A DNA stretch of 64,000 nt from Chrysomallon squamiferum (GCA_012295275.1 CM022677.1:12710001-12774000), one strand, 5' to 3'; counted from the first letter of the stretch, positions 1 through 15,094 are shown. The notes: generated by a model from the letters alone, not told the origin. Translations and numbers: made by a program.

Positions 1-2049
1 CTATATGCTATTTTACCCTCAGTAAAGAGTTGTTACGATAAAACTTACACATACACACACGTAAAAACTAATAAAAGAACATACCCTGACACTGTTGAGA
101 GGTTTCTGAAAACATTCTAACACAGGCCTGACAGATCACTTGACACCAGACTGTTGATTCATATTATCATTAGTCTCTTGTATCCCTTCTCTGGAAAATG
201 GACTGGATTTTTGTGATGATGAAGAAGGGGACAGGGACATGGATGCATTCATCACACTCTGAATTAGGTTCAGGACTAGCCTGGTCCTTCAAACGGTCAA
301 TATGGAGAGACATCACTCTCATGAATGTTGCCTTACCAAGTCTCATCTTGTTCTGCTGCAGCTACAGCCTCTGTTTTCTTTATCTTCTCATCCAGCTTCA
401 TTCTCAGAGCAGCAAGCTCAGACGTCACCTGCTGCTCAACTTCCTGGCTGTTGTATTTGCCACAGTCATGCAGAGCCATCGCTGTCATCTGCCAAATGGT
501 TTTGTTTGGCAGCGTAGCAGATGAAGTGTTTTTACCAGCATCAGCTTGTTTTCACAGAACTGCAGACTTCAGTGGTGCTCCGCCCTTTCCTTCTTGTTCC
601 TGTCTATGCTGAATATAAACCATCGATACATCCATATTACAGTATTCCAGCAGCACTTGCACTCTACACAGTGGTTCTGGTCAATGATTGTGTAGCTGGA
701 TGAGAAATTTATAAAATGTTTCATTTGCATCTGATTTGTCATAGAAAAATTCTTTAAATTCATTTGGAACATTTTCTCCAGATGTCCTGGAAAACATCCC
801 AAATAAACAAATATTAGTAATAATAAGATAAAAGATAATTGTATTAATATTTTACAGTGTCTACATATGAAATAACCTGGTCATATTTTTCTTAAATTTA
901 TCTTTATTTGTTTTTATTGTTAACAGAGCTATACAGTTATTTAGCTTAAATAATGAAAGCATTTATGACTCCACCCATTATAACCTTTAATATGTTTAAA
1001 AAATAAATTAAATATGCTGAATAATGTATTGAGCATGAATTTAACATGAATATAAAAAAAATCCGAAAAAAACTGAGATAACAACATGTGAAACAAAATT
1101 AGCATATTTTTTAAAAATATTTGTATTAGTTTTTTTCAAAACAACAACAACAACAACAATCATAATAATAATAATAAATAAATAAATAAATAAATAAATC
1201 CTTTGACAGTCGACACATAGTTGTCGTGTGATGTGTGCTCCACAAGTCAATTTATTTTAAAACAAATTTAATTACTGGGCACACAAGATTTGTCCCCGAT
1301 ACAGTGATTGGTAAAACAAAATTAAAGACTAAACATGATTTCTTATTTATATGACGTTGTTTATGCTGTTCACATTAGTACAACCACTGGTGAATTTTAT
1401 TATTAATCGAGTGTCGTTATTTTCAACAACAAAAAAAAATGAAAATAAATAAATAAATAAATATTATTCCAAAATATGACTTTTAAATTATACTTAAATA
1501 AAACGAAAACTATCCAAACACATTAACAACTATAATAATAAATAGTAATACCTGTCTCCTTCACAAAATGAAATACATTGAGCAACTTTTTTGTTGCATG
1601 ATAATGCGATTATCCCAATTCTGTAGACTATTCTTCGAACATCCAACAGGAAACTAAATCCGCTAAGACCGAAATCATCCCGCATTTTTCTGCAAATAAG
1701 ATACTAAAAAAAAAATAATCAAAAAATTATTAAATTAATGTTCAAAACAAATAAAATAAAAAATTATAAATCGATGTGGTTTTTCTTTTATTTATTTATT
1801 TATTTATATTTTTTTATTATTAGCCAATCGTTCACCGTAAACTTCAAATAAACGGTGTTGTTATTTTTTTTAACCTACTTTTTCTTTCTTCTTATAATTA
1901 TGTTAATGCACCAAATAAAACTACAAAGCTTACAACTTACACTAGAATAAGTTGCTTATTATTGTCCAGGAATTTACCAATACATCTTAAAACATCTGCT
2001 CTGAAAAAAAAAAAAAAAAAAAAAAAAACTCTTTTCCCTTTCATATGGA

Positions 2050-2800
2050 AATTCGTGTCCACATCCTACGTTAAAAACTATCATTACTCTTTCTATTAAT
2101 GAGGCCGTCATTGCCGTAGTTCCAGTATTGTTCTTAACGTCTTGGTGTACATCTCGTTATTCTTTTTCGGTTTTTATTCGCTGTTCTCTTATTTTGTGGC
2201 CGTGCGCCTGTATTTCTATTAAGGTCGCCGTCGCTACCGTCGTAACGGCATTGTTTTAATTTTTATGATCTATTATTGATACTTTTTTAGTGTTCAAATC
2301 TTATACTAAAATGTATTATTACCATTTCTATCAATATCACCATCGTCGCCGTCGTAACGGCGTTGTTTCTAGCGTTCGTAGAGGTCTCATTATTCTTTGG
2401 CTTTTTTATGAATCATTCCTCATACTTTCTGAGCGAGCGAATCACCCATTGAAATATGTTATTGTGATTTCTACTAATGTCGCCGTCGTTCACATGGTAC
2501 GAACGCCGTTCCTAAAGTTATTGGTGTATTCCTCGTCATTTCTTTTAGCTTTTTTATTCGCAGTTATTTATATTTTCTGACCCGGCCCGTCCTATATTAA
2601 AATATATTATTATTACGTTTATTAATGTCGTCGTCATTACCGTCGTAACGGCGTTACTTCACCCTATTAGTTTGTCTTTTATTAAGTATTGCAATTAGTG
2701 TCCACATCCTACATAAAAAAATATCATTAATATTTCTATTAATGAGGCCGTCATTGCCGTAGTTCCAGTATTGTTCTTAACGTCTTGATGTACACCTGAT
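2050..2800 (+). repeat. Diverged tandem array of a dispersed ~120-bp repeat family
   Basis: Recurring motif attaatg..gccgtcgt..ccgtcgtaacggcgttgt; 2057-2153 is repeated almost exactly at 2700-2796. Related arrays on the opposite strand at ~4170-4830, ~20285-20810 and ~45340-46120. Confidence 0.7.
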
Positions 2801-3875
2801 TACTGCGTGGATGGGGAAATGGATCATTGAAAAGAAGTTGCTGCAAGGTAAGATTTATGTTCAGCAGACACAGAGACACACACAGATACTTGACTCAGCG
2901 TTATGAAAACAGCACTTGCAGTTTTAACGCAGCCATCACTATCTGTATTAGACGTCATTAGTTTCTCAACAGAGGTGTAGCTGTAATATTAACACACTGT
3001 TTTAGAAAATACAGCGTATGTTGTTTTTTAATGTAATGTGATAATTTTACTAATTCTAAATCGCGAACTAAAAAGGTGTAATTTTACTGTACGTCGAACA
3101 CTACATAAAATATTGATAATCACAGATAATCTATTAGATATTAATGACAATCATAAATGATAATTTTACATGGCATAATGAAAATAAGCGGCTTAATTAC
3201 GTGTAAAAAGAAAAAGGAGAATCAAATGCTGGTTGAGCGGTGCTTTTTACTGTTAAGTATGTTGAGAAATGTTAATGTCAGATTTTGTTAATATCGTACA
3301 GGTTACATTTAAACATCTCTGAGTTAATTCCCTGGAATCACGACAGTTTATAGTGATTAGCTGAGAACAAACAAGGTTAACATGTTGTTTTATTATGATA
3401 ATTGAAATTTTGTTTTTTCATTACATTCAAGGTGTACATCAGCGCAAGTTGTATAGTGTAATATACTTTAGATTTCATATTATACCTGAAGTTCTCTTAT
3501 TACATTAGATATTAGTATAACCGCTCAACCAGTAATAATCTACATAACAAGCATTGTATTTGTCAATATCGCGCCTTCTCGCTTCTTTATTATTATTATT
3601 TTATTTTATTTTTTTCTGTAATAACGGAAGGTTAATTTTAGGTTAATCATCTAATTTCATGTAGAGAGAGATGTAAATATGTCGCGGAATCTCATGTTAC
3701 TATGGTGATACAAATAAAATATCACATATTGTCAGTAACATCAATACAATCTTCATCTAGCATATCACGCTTTTCGGTATAGTCCTGTTTCTGTTAATAA
3801 TAAAATAACTTAATATGAAAGACCATCATTTTTCAGTATACAACGAGAAGGACATTAACTTTTTGGAAAAACAAA

Positions 3876-3925
<50 letters not shown>

Positions 3926-4169
3926 CAATGTACTGTGTTGTATAGCTAATAACATTACCGAAGGAATCCTATTTTTCATTGAAAATGTGCACGGCATATT
4001 AAGAATTAAATTTTAATAACGTGAATAAAATTTTAATGTTAATATTTCGTCTAAAGAACATATTCGTATTTAGATGTGAAGCGAACATATTACGCTTCTG
4101 TTTTACGTTAATTTCACAAAATCATTCATAACGTTAATGTCATTTACAATAAAATATTTCATTTTTCTA

Positions 4170-4830
4170 AGAAAGAGAATTCTTTTTTTTTATTTTGTAG
4201 TATTTAACTCTACGAAAGTAAGAATAACAGTTACTGATAAAGACAACATAACTAGGAGTACAACGTAGGCACGACTTCAATGATGGCGACGTTAATAATA
4301 ATAATAATAATAATAATAAAGCGCGAAGAACAACAGCTGCGGTGACGTTAATAGTAACAATAATAATGTATTTTAACAAAGTTATTAACATGCGCAACAG
4401 GATAAAGAGAAGTAAACCAAAAACGTTAAGAACAATGCAGCCACGACGGCAATGATACCGTCATTAACAGAAAAAAAAGTAATAGTACTGGTAATAATAA
4501 TATATTGTAATACAGGAAGCGCACATAAAAAAATATAATAATAGTTAATGAAAAGCACAATAATTAAACTACACAACGCAGGTACGACGTCCACATGAAT
4601 ACAAATAGCAACAATATATTTTTAAATAGGATCTACACACTAAGAAATTTAGGACAGCGATTAATAAAAATCCTCAAAAGAATAATGACAAAGACATAAA
4701 TATCGTGCAGGACAACGCAGACAACAGTAATAGTAATAATAATACTATTTTTCATATAGGGTGCGCACAGTACAATAGTTTATAAAAATCGAAACAACAC
4801 GCAGCATCAGAATTTGTAACAATGACAACG
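4170..4830 (-). repeat. Same ~120-bp repeat family, inverted orientation
   Basis: Reverse-complement motifs (acgacggcaatgataccgtcattaa, aacgttaagaacaatgc) match the 2050-2800 array. Confidence 0.6.
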
Positions 4831-4930
4831 GTATCGAGAGTATGCAATAACGTCACAGCTAAACGAACAGGTTGTTGTTCACTTTCACCAGCTACTGAAA
4901 CCAGACATATCAATAGCAAACAGGGGAGCA

Positions 4931-5240
4931 TTGTCAGGATATACTTACATCGAATGATCAATCTCATGTGGTAATAGCATAAACTGAACTCAGGCAACAA
5001 CAACAACGTGTCAGAATGACATCCCCTCTAAAACTGGTTGTGTGCAAAGTCCCCTGATGTAGACAGAACCGTTGTGCTTGTCCATCAAAACCATGCCACA
5101 TTGGTCAAGTTGGTCTGACTTCACATCTATAACTCCATGTTCAGTAACATGTGGTCCCAATGGTTCAAGGACTCTGACTAGAAGAAGAGTATGTAACAAT
5201 GAGGTACTGGAGGTTGTGGTCCTCAGTCTGAATTAGAAAA
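4931..5240 (+). pseudogene. Degenerate thrombospondin type-1 (TSP1) repeat-coding fragment
   Basis: One frame from 4931 reads LSGYTYIE*SISCG..TCQNDIPSKTGC..*TEPLC..HWSSWSDFTSITPCSVTCGPNGSRTLTRRRVCNN: WSxWS, CSVTCG and RxRxC are TSP1 hallmarks. Three in-frame stops and a terminal frameshift. Confidence 0.75.
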
Positions 5241-6493
5241 AAATAAAACAAAACCATATTCTTGAGAATAAGAAAGGCTGATGAATCTCCACAGATACAA
5301 ACAGAGCCTCGATCATGTCGTGTTAAATATGGGCATCATGGACTGATTATAAATAGATTGGTCTTTGTTCAGTGACACGTGGAGGCAGTGGGCAGATGTG
5401 GAACCAAATCACCAGTAATAACAGAATTGCCAAGTCTTGTTCAGCTAATGTTCCTTGTCCTTCATAAATTATTATAGTTCAATTTTTTATTCTTTTTCTT
5501 CACAACTCGTGCAGTTGTATGCAAGGTAAGTAAATGTGTCTTTATATTGACTGAATTTTTAAATATCTGAATAATTAAATGCGAATTTTAACTGATAGAA
5601 AATAAATAGGCATTTCTTTTCATTTGATTAACTGATCATAATGACTACAAGATGTTGTTCCAGAACAAACCACAATACACAAACAAAAACACACACATAC
5701 CCACACAGTTTATCATTCTGTAAAAGATAAGCACGTTTTGGAAAAAGATGACTTTTCTCATTAAATACCATAATGTGGATACGTTACTCTGCTAAAACTC
5801 CTGTGTGATTGTGTTATTTGATGTTATGTTTTTAAATTGATTTAATCAAACATTTGTGTCTATTTATTTGTTTGAATTAAAGTTTTTCACTGTTGCTATC
5901 AAGCTGTTTTTAAGTGTAAATTCAATTTTTAATTCATTGAATGTGTCATGTAGCTTTAGGTGTTTACTTGCAGAATTTGGACAGAGAACTAAGTAATGTT
6001 TCATGGTTTCAGAAATTCCATAGCTACACTTTGGTGTTGTGTTTATTTTGTGTTTGAATTTGATTGTGTTTAGATGTGTGGAGTAGTTGATTCTGAGTTT
6101 GGTAAGGTTGTTATATAGTTTCTTACTAATATGATTTTGGTGTTGATGATGAAAGGTGTAACTAATGCTTATTTTAATTGATTATCAATTGCTGATTGCA
6201 ACATTCACCCACACCGGTCTCCATTTCAATATGGCTGACTGTTATGTAAAAACTAGATTGTAGTGAAACGCGTGTTTTAAAGGGTTGACATAAAACTGTG
6301 TTTTCAGAATACAGTTTAATACTTTATTTATTTGCTTAGTTATTTTTTATTTTATCCTGTCTACATTCCTTATTGTTCTGATAATAACAAATCAGTAAAT
6401 AAAATAATTTATTGTTTCATTTGATAGAATATGTTACTTCTTTTTAATTGTTATAATTAATCTATACTACTATTATTTTTTAACAGGGTTATA

Positions 6494-6524
<31 letters not shown>

Positions 6525-6554
6525 TTTTTATTACTGTATCTCATTTTTTATTAA

Positions 6555-6613
<59 letters not shown>

Positions 6614-9600
6614 TTATATAGGTCTAAGTGTGTTTTTCTTGTAACTTTTAACATTTTTTAAGGTCTTATTTTATTAATAAAAAAATTGAATGGATGGTGA
6701 TTTAAGAGTAAGATAACATTCTAGGTTCACTTCATTTTATTAAAAATATAATATGATTACAATACAGTTAACACAGGATTATTTGAATGATATTACAATA
6801 CATTTTAAAAACCATTTTTAGAGTAACAGTTAAGTTTTTATTCTTCATGCCATCTGTCATAGTTCTTTTTCTCTTTCTTCCACTTGTCTATCTATTCTGA
6901 TTTTAAGACTCATGCTTAGCACATTTTTGTGCTGAGCATAGAATAATAAAGAATTGAATTGAACCCACTAATGATGTTGCAAAGCATTAAACCTGCTTGA
7001 CTAAATGACTACTTTGACAGTAACATATATGCATGTGTAAGAAACTTTGATTGTATAGTTTTGAGTTCTATATATATATTTAAGTTACTGATGGATCAGA
7101 ATATTGAATAGAGGAATAAGACAGATATATTATATAGTATATATGTGTGTATATGTGTATATTTAATTCTAAAATCTGATATAGTGATAACTATAAAAAC
7201 AACAACAATAAAATAAAATAAAAATATTTTAATAATATTTAAGATAATTCTAAAAATATATTCAACAACAACAAAAAGATAAATGAAGCTATTCTAATTA
7301 TTATTTAATGTGATAACAATAGTGATGAAAGAAGAATTATTGAATGTCCTTCCTGATTAACTTAATAAAATAAAGGTTATCGGCATAAACTCTAATTATC
7401 AATATAATTTCTTATTTATATCAACCTAATCCAGCATCTTTTCACTTTTATTCTCGTCTGTAATCTGGTTATGTTAATGAGACAAAGGACGTTTGTCTGG
7501 AAACAGATGAATTTTCAAAAATATTCGGTTAATATTACTGCTTCACCTTTTATTGTAATTTACAGCGTAGTATTAGATCTGCGTAACTGTATTAGCGAAG
7601 AAATCCTAAATATCTGAATATCTATAATATCATGTAAACTACAAAACTCTTTTTCCATTATGCTCTGTAAAAATCATCTATAATAGTATTCTTAACAAAA
7701 TATTCGTTATTACATATCAATCACAGTGTAATTCATTAAAAACAGCTAGTAACAGTAAATGTAACGTAATTTCTTGAGAACTCAATAAAATACCACGTTA
7801 ATATATTTCTCATTGTGTATCTGCCATTGTAGGGCCCTGGATGTAGAATAAATGGTGTAAATGGTGCTAAATGAATTCTACGGTCACGGGATTTGTTGTT
7901 AATATATCTTCACTGTATCTCTGTGACGTAGAAAAACTTGTGTACTAATTAGGATCTATCTAATTAATTTTCCTTTTACCTGGTTGACGGTGTGTGCAGT
8001 CAAAAGGTAAAAACGAACTACTTCTGTACCACTGCACGTGTTAGCAGTAACAGTACGTTTCTAAATTTTAAAGATATATACAACAATACCTAAGTTTTAA
8101 CGCTCTGGTGTAAAAATCTATCCTTACGCCGTATGTCTGTGTGTCTATCTCTCTGTATGTTAATTTGTATATGTTAATACAACAAACTATTCAACATAAA
8201 AACAGCATAACATTTTAATTCAAATTTCAGTAATACATCAATTGTTTCCATAATTCAGTTCCACGATTCAGTGTGAACGCAAAACGTACAATAATGACAA
8301 TAACGGAGACTACAACTGTTACAAAATGTACAAGAAATTAAATATTCAAAGAGAAGTATATACATGAGAGAACAACAAAACACAGAATAAGTAAAAAATA
8401 AAGAAACAAAATAGTAAATAAATAAATAAATAAATAAATAAACAAATAAATAAATGATGAAGAAATGAAGAAGGAAAGCAAACGAAGGTGATTTATTTTA
8501 ACTAATATTTCCGTTGATGCTCGCAGTTGAAATACAAAAGTCCTCCGTTGTGGTCGGATGACTCTTCTGGGCGATTTGATTGATTTCATGGCGCCATCCT
8601 TCCAAGTGGTTATTTGTTCGGTGACCGTCATTGTCAACGTGTTTCTACATTTCTGTATTGGAATGGCACGGCCGCGTGGTTGTTGCTGCATCTGTTCTGC
8701 CGTCTGCAACATGTTGTCCACAGACACGACGTAGGTTCTGCACTGCGAGTTAACAACACATTTCCAGTCTGTTCTCTACCCATTCTTTTTACTTACGCGA
8801 AATGTATGCTCGTTATAATACAGATCCCTGCTGCCTCGTATTGTGTCAATATAAATCACTCGAACCTGTTCAGCTGCCAAGAGTTTCCCATTTCGATGCA
8901 AAACTTTATACAGGAAAAAACTACAATGCGCAACAGCCTGCTCAATGAAACACGTATAAAAATACAACCCAGGACAATTTTAAAACAGAGAATAGTAAGG
9001 GCGAAATAAACAAAAAATAATATTTTAAAATAGAAAAAAAGAAATAAAATTAAGAGAAAAACACACACGCACGCACGCACACACACACACACACGCACAC
9101 AGAGAAGCGTATTTTCAACTGCTATTTTTCGTTGTAAAGTGTGTTTCTGCCTGAACAAATGGAAATGAAAAAAATTGCTAATCAGAGCGAAACGTCTACG
9201 ACAAAATGACAGGTCAGCGGGCGTGTCTGTCGTAAAACAAAAAAATGTCTGGGCTTTTATAAGAAAAAAAAACTCGCGTCATTTGACAAAACGTCTGTCG
9301 CCAGATCATTCTTGAAACAAGAACCCTCTAGTGATAATTAATTCCGCAGTTCCCAGGATTAAGATAAAAAGATACAGCAAAGACATTTACAAGTGGAAGA
9401 TTCTTCTATCACACTGAAACACAAATGTGTTCAAAGTTTTAGAAGAGATGTTTATTGCATTCGTAACAGTTCATTCAAATTTATCTTAAAACTGCATTTA
9501 ATAATGAATAAAAGGCAACAATAGAAATAGAAAAAAATAATATTTATTTTAAAAAATATTAACATTTGTAATTATAACATCTGAATAACAAGTGTATATT

Positions 9601-9712
9601 CAAAATCTGGTAGTAAAACTCAGCTGCCTGAAATAAATATAATCTTTCAATTAACAAGAAAAATTACTAAAACAGATAGTCATAGAATTTTATGTTGTTG
9701 TTTTTTTGAAAG

Positions 9713-9761
<49 letters not shown>

Positions 9762-10239
9762 AGAAAATACAAAGAAAATATATGTGAAACAGAAAAATAT
9801 AAAATGTGATTAGACTATATTTTTACAATAATAATATCAGCTCAAAATGTTTATTGTTAGCAAAGATAATAAGACAACAAAAAAATACAGTATCTCTTTA
9901 GAAAATAATATTTAAGTTATTCTGTTTTTAAATTAATAATTCAATAAGTAATTAAATAAATACATCTACATTGTTTAACCAGTCAGATGGTTAAACTAAT
10001 GATTCGGGGCACCTGACATCGTGTTCAAAATATTAAAATGTGAATCTTTGTTTGAATAAGGTCAATAAAATTGATTATTTGCAATAAAAAGAAAAGAAGA
10101 GAAAAGAAATCGCTCGTAACTGATCCTGCTGAGGCAAAACGTTTTGTGGAACAACATTTGAATCGGGTCCGACGTTTCATTTTTTTTTTTTTTTTTTTTT
10201 TGGTCAATTTTGTGACGTCAGTTATGCGCTGTGAAGACA

Positions 10240-10356
10240 GTGCGACTGGCGTTCCTACACAAAGTAGCTGGAAGTTTCGTAAACAAACTGAAGATAGCTC
10301 GCGTTCTTAAAATCTTTTAAATTCACTTTATCTGCTGAAACTGATAATTTAATAAG
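10240..10356 (+). other. Candidate non-coding first exon of the 12926-14792 gene
   Basis: Good donor AAG|GTAAGG at 10357 and acceptor ttttcag at 12770, 155 nt upstream of the ATG; TGACGTCA and a TCAGTT initiator-like motif at ~10213-10223. Exon start is approximate. Confidence 0.35.
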
Positions 10357-10993
10357 GTAAGGGTTTCTTCACCATGTATGTGATACTGGATCCTTGTCTC
10401 CCTCTTCCTGGAGTATCTGCTATTTTCATAAAGGTTTTGAGAATCCATCGCAAAAAGAGAGTCCGACTATTTTGAGCTTACAGTATATATCAGTAGATTG
10501 TCTAATGTGATCTATCTGCCACAATAGATGTTGATCATATAATTTGTTTGTAATGATGTGTATATTAAACACTAAATTCTTGGTTTTGTTAATAAACTAT
10601 ATTTATATATAAATATTTTAAATTATACTGAAAATAATATTATAAAAGTGTTTGGTTTTGTGCACATACTATTTTTTTTTTTTACTAATCATTGTTTTCC
10701 TTATGTCAAAATATAACTCTCTCTCTCATATACATTTACCTAAAGTTAAAAATAAAAATATAAATACATAAGAATCATTGATTATGCAAGTTCAACTGTA
10801 TACAAACCTGTGAATTACTAATTATTATGTTTCATTCTGTTTAGTGCCTTTAATCAAACATTATTTCATTTACCTAGTATTTCCTACAGGACTTTATTTA
10901 ATTTAATTCATAACCGTGGAGTCACTATTTCCATGACAGACATTTTTTATATTTTTTTATCTATTAATCCTGGAAGCTTTAAGAGTATATTTT

Positions 10994-11052
<59 letters not shown>

Positions 11053-12311
11053 ACATTCCATTATTCTGACAGGCTGATTATAATAATACATCAATATAAT
11101 CTATGATATAAACTGCAGGACTATCTGCAAGAACAAATAAAAAATAATCTTGCTCTGTTTTATTTCTCTTGATTTGTTTTTGTTTGTTTGTGGGTTTTTT
11201 TTATTATTGCCTCTATTTATTTATTTTTTAATTATTATTATTATTTTTTTATAATATTTGTAACCAGATATTTTTTTGTTCTTAAAGATATTATGTTGCT
11301 TTTTATGTTCACTAGCTTTGTCTATATATTTAGTTTAGCAGGGTATAGTAATTGTATACTTTTTTCTATTTATCAGGTGAAACTGGGTACAGAGGACATT
11401 GTCTAAACCAGACGTATGTATATGTAAAAACAAAACAAACATATAATATAATATATCGAGTTACCGAAAATAGCGCAATGTACCAAAACCAAGTTTTATT
11501 TAGTGCTGGAAAATTTTTAATTTTTAATTTTTTTTATTTTGTTTTACTTAATAAATATTTTGCATAATTCTCTATCAAGATTATATATATTTACATATGT
11601 AACAGTGATTTAGAAAAATCATTATAATCCTCCATGATGTATAATAATAGTTGTATAATTGTTTAATAATAAAAAATTATAAATATTTGAAAGAGATTAT
11701 AATTTTAGTTTAGATTATAGTTAATTTTTCTGTATGGCTATCAAATGTATGTTTGTACAAGAAAAAGAATTATTTTTAATATGCTTTTTCTTTCAGTTGT
11801 TGGTGTTGTTGTCATGTGTGTGTGTGTTTGTGTTAGTTTGCAGGAGTTGATGTGAGGTGATACAATTTTGTTTAAATAAACAGAAATTTGTTTAAATACT
11901 AAAAAAAAAGAAATGAAACTTTTGTACACAAAATAGTTTTTTTATTATATATATATATTTTTTTTACATAGTTTTTATTGCTAATCCATGACGTGTACAG
12001 ATTACTATTGGTTTTTTTTTTTTTTTTTTTTTTATATCCTTTCTTACGATTAGTTTATGCTATAATTTATATTTTTATTCTTTCAGTTAGATTTTGATTC
12101 ACTTTGTAATTAACAGTGAATTCAGACTTGTAAAATGCTAAATTGTTATAAAGAAAAAGCAAAATCAGTAGTAGATATTGGCAAATTGTGGAATTAAGAA
12201 GAAGAAAAAAATGCACTTTTGATAGCTTGTTTACCTTCTTAAGTAGATACTGTTAAAACTGATGAAAATTAAGCACTTGGTACAAATGTGGCTTAATTTG
12301 AGAGAAAATGA

Positions 12312-12353
<42 letters not shown>

Positions 12354-12603
12354 ATGTACGAGGATAAGTTATTGCTGGTGTTTATGTCTGTCTATGTGAA
12401 TGAGTATACGTGACAAGTTTAAAACATGACTGTGTATATGTTTTAATGTTTGCATATTACAATAATAGTACATATGGGATTGTGTATTTTATGACTATAT
12501 GTATGAAAGTGGGGTATGTGTATGTTTTTGTTCATGCGCCCGTGTACGTATATTTATGTGTATAATCTGTCTGGGAGACTGTTTATGTTTGTAGCCTATC
12601 CAG

Positions 12604-12653
<50 letters not shown>

Positions 12654-12925
12654 GTGTCTGTTATGTATGTATGTATATATTATTATGCTAAAGGATTTAA
12701 TTATAAAATTTAGTTTATAAAACTAAATATAACCAAGGTTAACAGCTGACATTAAATTACGATTTTTCAGAGAAGTTCTTTGAACGACTGAGTCATAACG
12801 CTGACTGGAGACCGATTAGTACAGTGACGTCACACGTGCATAAACCAGCTGAGCTACAGCAGCCGGGCCCTGTTGTGTCTTCTTATGTAAGAATGATACG
12901 TAACCAGTTTTGAAACTTTGGAAAA

Positions 12926-14792
12926 ATGTATGTTGTGAAGACCGTTCTACTTTTAGCGTTCTGCAGATTATGTCTGGGCAACATTCACCCATTACCAGCC
13001 TCCGAGGTTCGAGATAAACACCGGATACATTTTCGATCAAACGCTTTGTCAAAGAAGGTAGTGTTTTTAACAGGCTACGAAATCATTAATTTTTACTTCT
13101 GTCTGAAGAAAACAAGCTCGGTAAAAATCTCCAGTTTACGATACTCCAATGGCAACGATCCTGAAAACATCACAGCAGTTTTAAACCAGAAGAAAATGGG
13201 ATCCATTGTCACCATATCACCAGAAACAGCCGGAGATAAGTGGAATGTTTTTCATTTCAGTACCGAGATGAAAGGATCAGTAATTCTGGAAAGAGGTTGG
13301 TATATTTTAAAGCTCCAGGTTCACGGATCTGATGGAGTGGAACTGAACACAGTCAGTCTAGATATTGATGACAGCAGTCTCGCGCAGGACATGATGCAGT
13401 GTAAACTTCACTGTACGAGTGATCTGCCCCATCTGAACTCTTCGACACGCAATTAATGTCGACAAAAAAGCTAAACTTAGACAGAAAAGTTACCAATCTA
13501 AATGTGCGGAAGAGGACAATGTGAAAATACCAGTATACCTCGACAGCGTGAAACAGTACAAACTAATAGCTACTCTACCAGTGTATAAAGCTTTTGTAAA
13601 CAGAAGAGAACCAAATAATACTGACTGTGTTGCTTTGTCTCCTCTCTACTGGAGTTTTACCCACCTCTGTTTGAATAAAATAAATAATCATTTAGTTTCA
13701 AATTCGGCAACTATGAAAGTGTATCCAGGACCTAGTACATCGAAAATAGCCGTAATTGAAATTTCATTCATGTTAAAAGGAAGATCAGAAGGTTACATAG
13801 ATGCTGATATTGGGTCAGTCTTCAGTCTAAAAATCAAACCAGTGACCTCATTTGTAAAATTATAGGTTTCATACAGAGACAGAAACTAAAATTTAATTGC
13901 GCTCAAAGAGACTGGTTTACAACCCGGGAAAACTGACGTCGATTGGCAAATCCCAAACCTTTCTTGGATCGAACACAACGTAAATCTGATCAAAATTTCA
14001 TTATCCGCACAGGATGTATTTTCCATTTGTATCGAAGAAATAAAATTGGAAAGAAAACCTATGAAACCTGAAAAATATTTTCCTATATACACCAGTAAGG
14101 AGTTCACTGTTATAGGTGTTGATATAGACTTTTGGTGGAGAAATCCGGAAACAATGAAAGTATATGTAAAAAATACTGACAAGCTTCATAGAAAAGTAGA
14201 CTATTTTAAAATAATTCTTCCAGTTCCTTGGTCAGAGGGTTACAGTGAGACACTTGTTATCTATCAAGATGGAAACGTACGCCTACTGCCCCTCCCTCCT
14301 GCAGGATTAGACTGGATTCCGTTTGGAACATCAGTTGTGGTTGGAACATGCGATGTTGACCTGATCAGACCTGCTGCTCCCATTGATCAAGTGGATATCG
14401 ACGTCGATAAACGAGAGCTGAAGATTCTTTACAGAAATGGAGAAAAAGCAAAGCTGACGTTGATTTCGAAAGTGGACAGAACGGAACTCGTTGTTTCTGA
14501 TCTCATATTTAAACAGTCCAGTAAGGGATTTCCATTTGCCACATTCCGATCAATGTACGTCGACGAGGGCAACACAGACAGCGACAGCATCATGGTGGAC
14601 AGCTCCAGCGTGTTCGGCGTCATGGAGAACCTGAATGGTGTACATGGAAAAACGTTTACACTTTTCAGAAGATGCGAATCCAAACATCTGACTCTCAGTC
14701 CGGATATCCATCTGGAGTTATTGCGCACGCGCTACTCAGTATTGTTGTCAGGTAATCAGTCAGTTTTAAATAACATGACAGTTCACATGTAA
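12926..14792 (+). pseudogene. Intronless ~620-codon secreted-protein gene, disrupted; N-terminal beta-sandwich possibly carbohydrate-binding-module-like
   Basis: Signal-peptide-like start MYVVKTVLLLAFCRLCLG. ORFs 12926-13456, 13521-13865 and 14046-14792 join through one frameshift near 13440 and two in-frame stops (13863, 13887). Protein-like composition throughout; the domain call is inference from the LRYSNG..WNVF..LERGWYILKL pattern. Confidence 0.7.
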
Positions 14793-15094
14793 AACCTGTT
14801 AGCGCTCAGGTTTACTGAGTAATGTTTTACTTTCTCAATGGTAACAAGTCTCCTAGCACATTCATGATTTGTTCACCATTGCCAACAAGCTTCAAACATG
14901 GATGTTTTGGGATATGTATTCAGAATATCTAAACAAATGAAAACAATTATTAAAATTTGAATGTTTCCCCAAAACAAAGGTTCTTGTGTTTATAAAACTG
15001 TTTAATAACACTAATTACCATAGTCAAGACTAAATTGATCATTATCAGAATTGCTAAAGCAAGTTCATTTACATTCATGAACAGCTTTTTTTAT

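Noticed and set aside
8338-9009. 129-aa and 131-aa ORFs, possibly host exons
   Set aside because: Some splice-like signals on the minus strand, but no recognisable domain, and the ORF runs into microsatellite.
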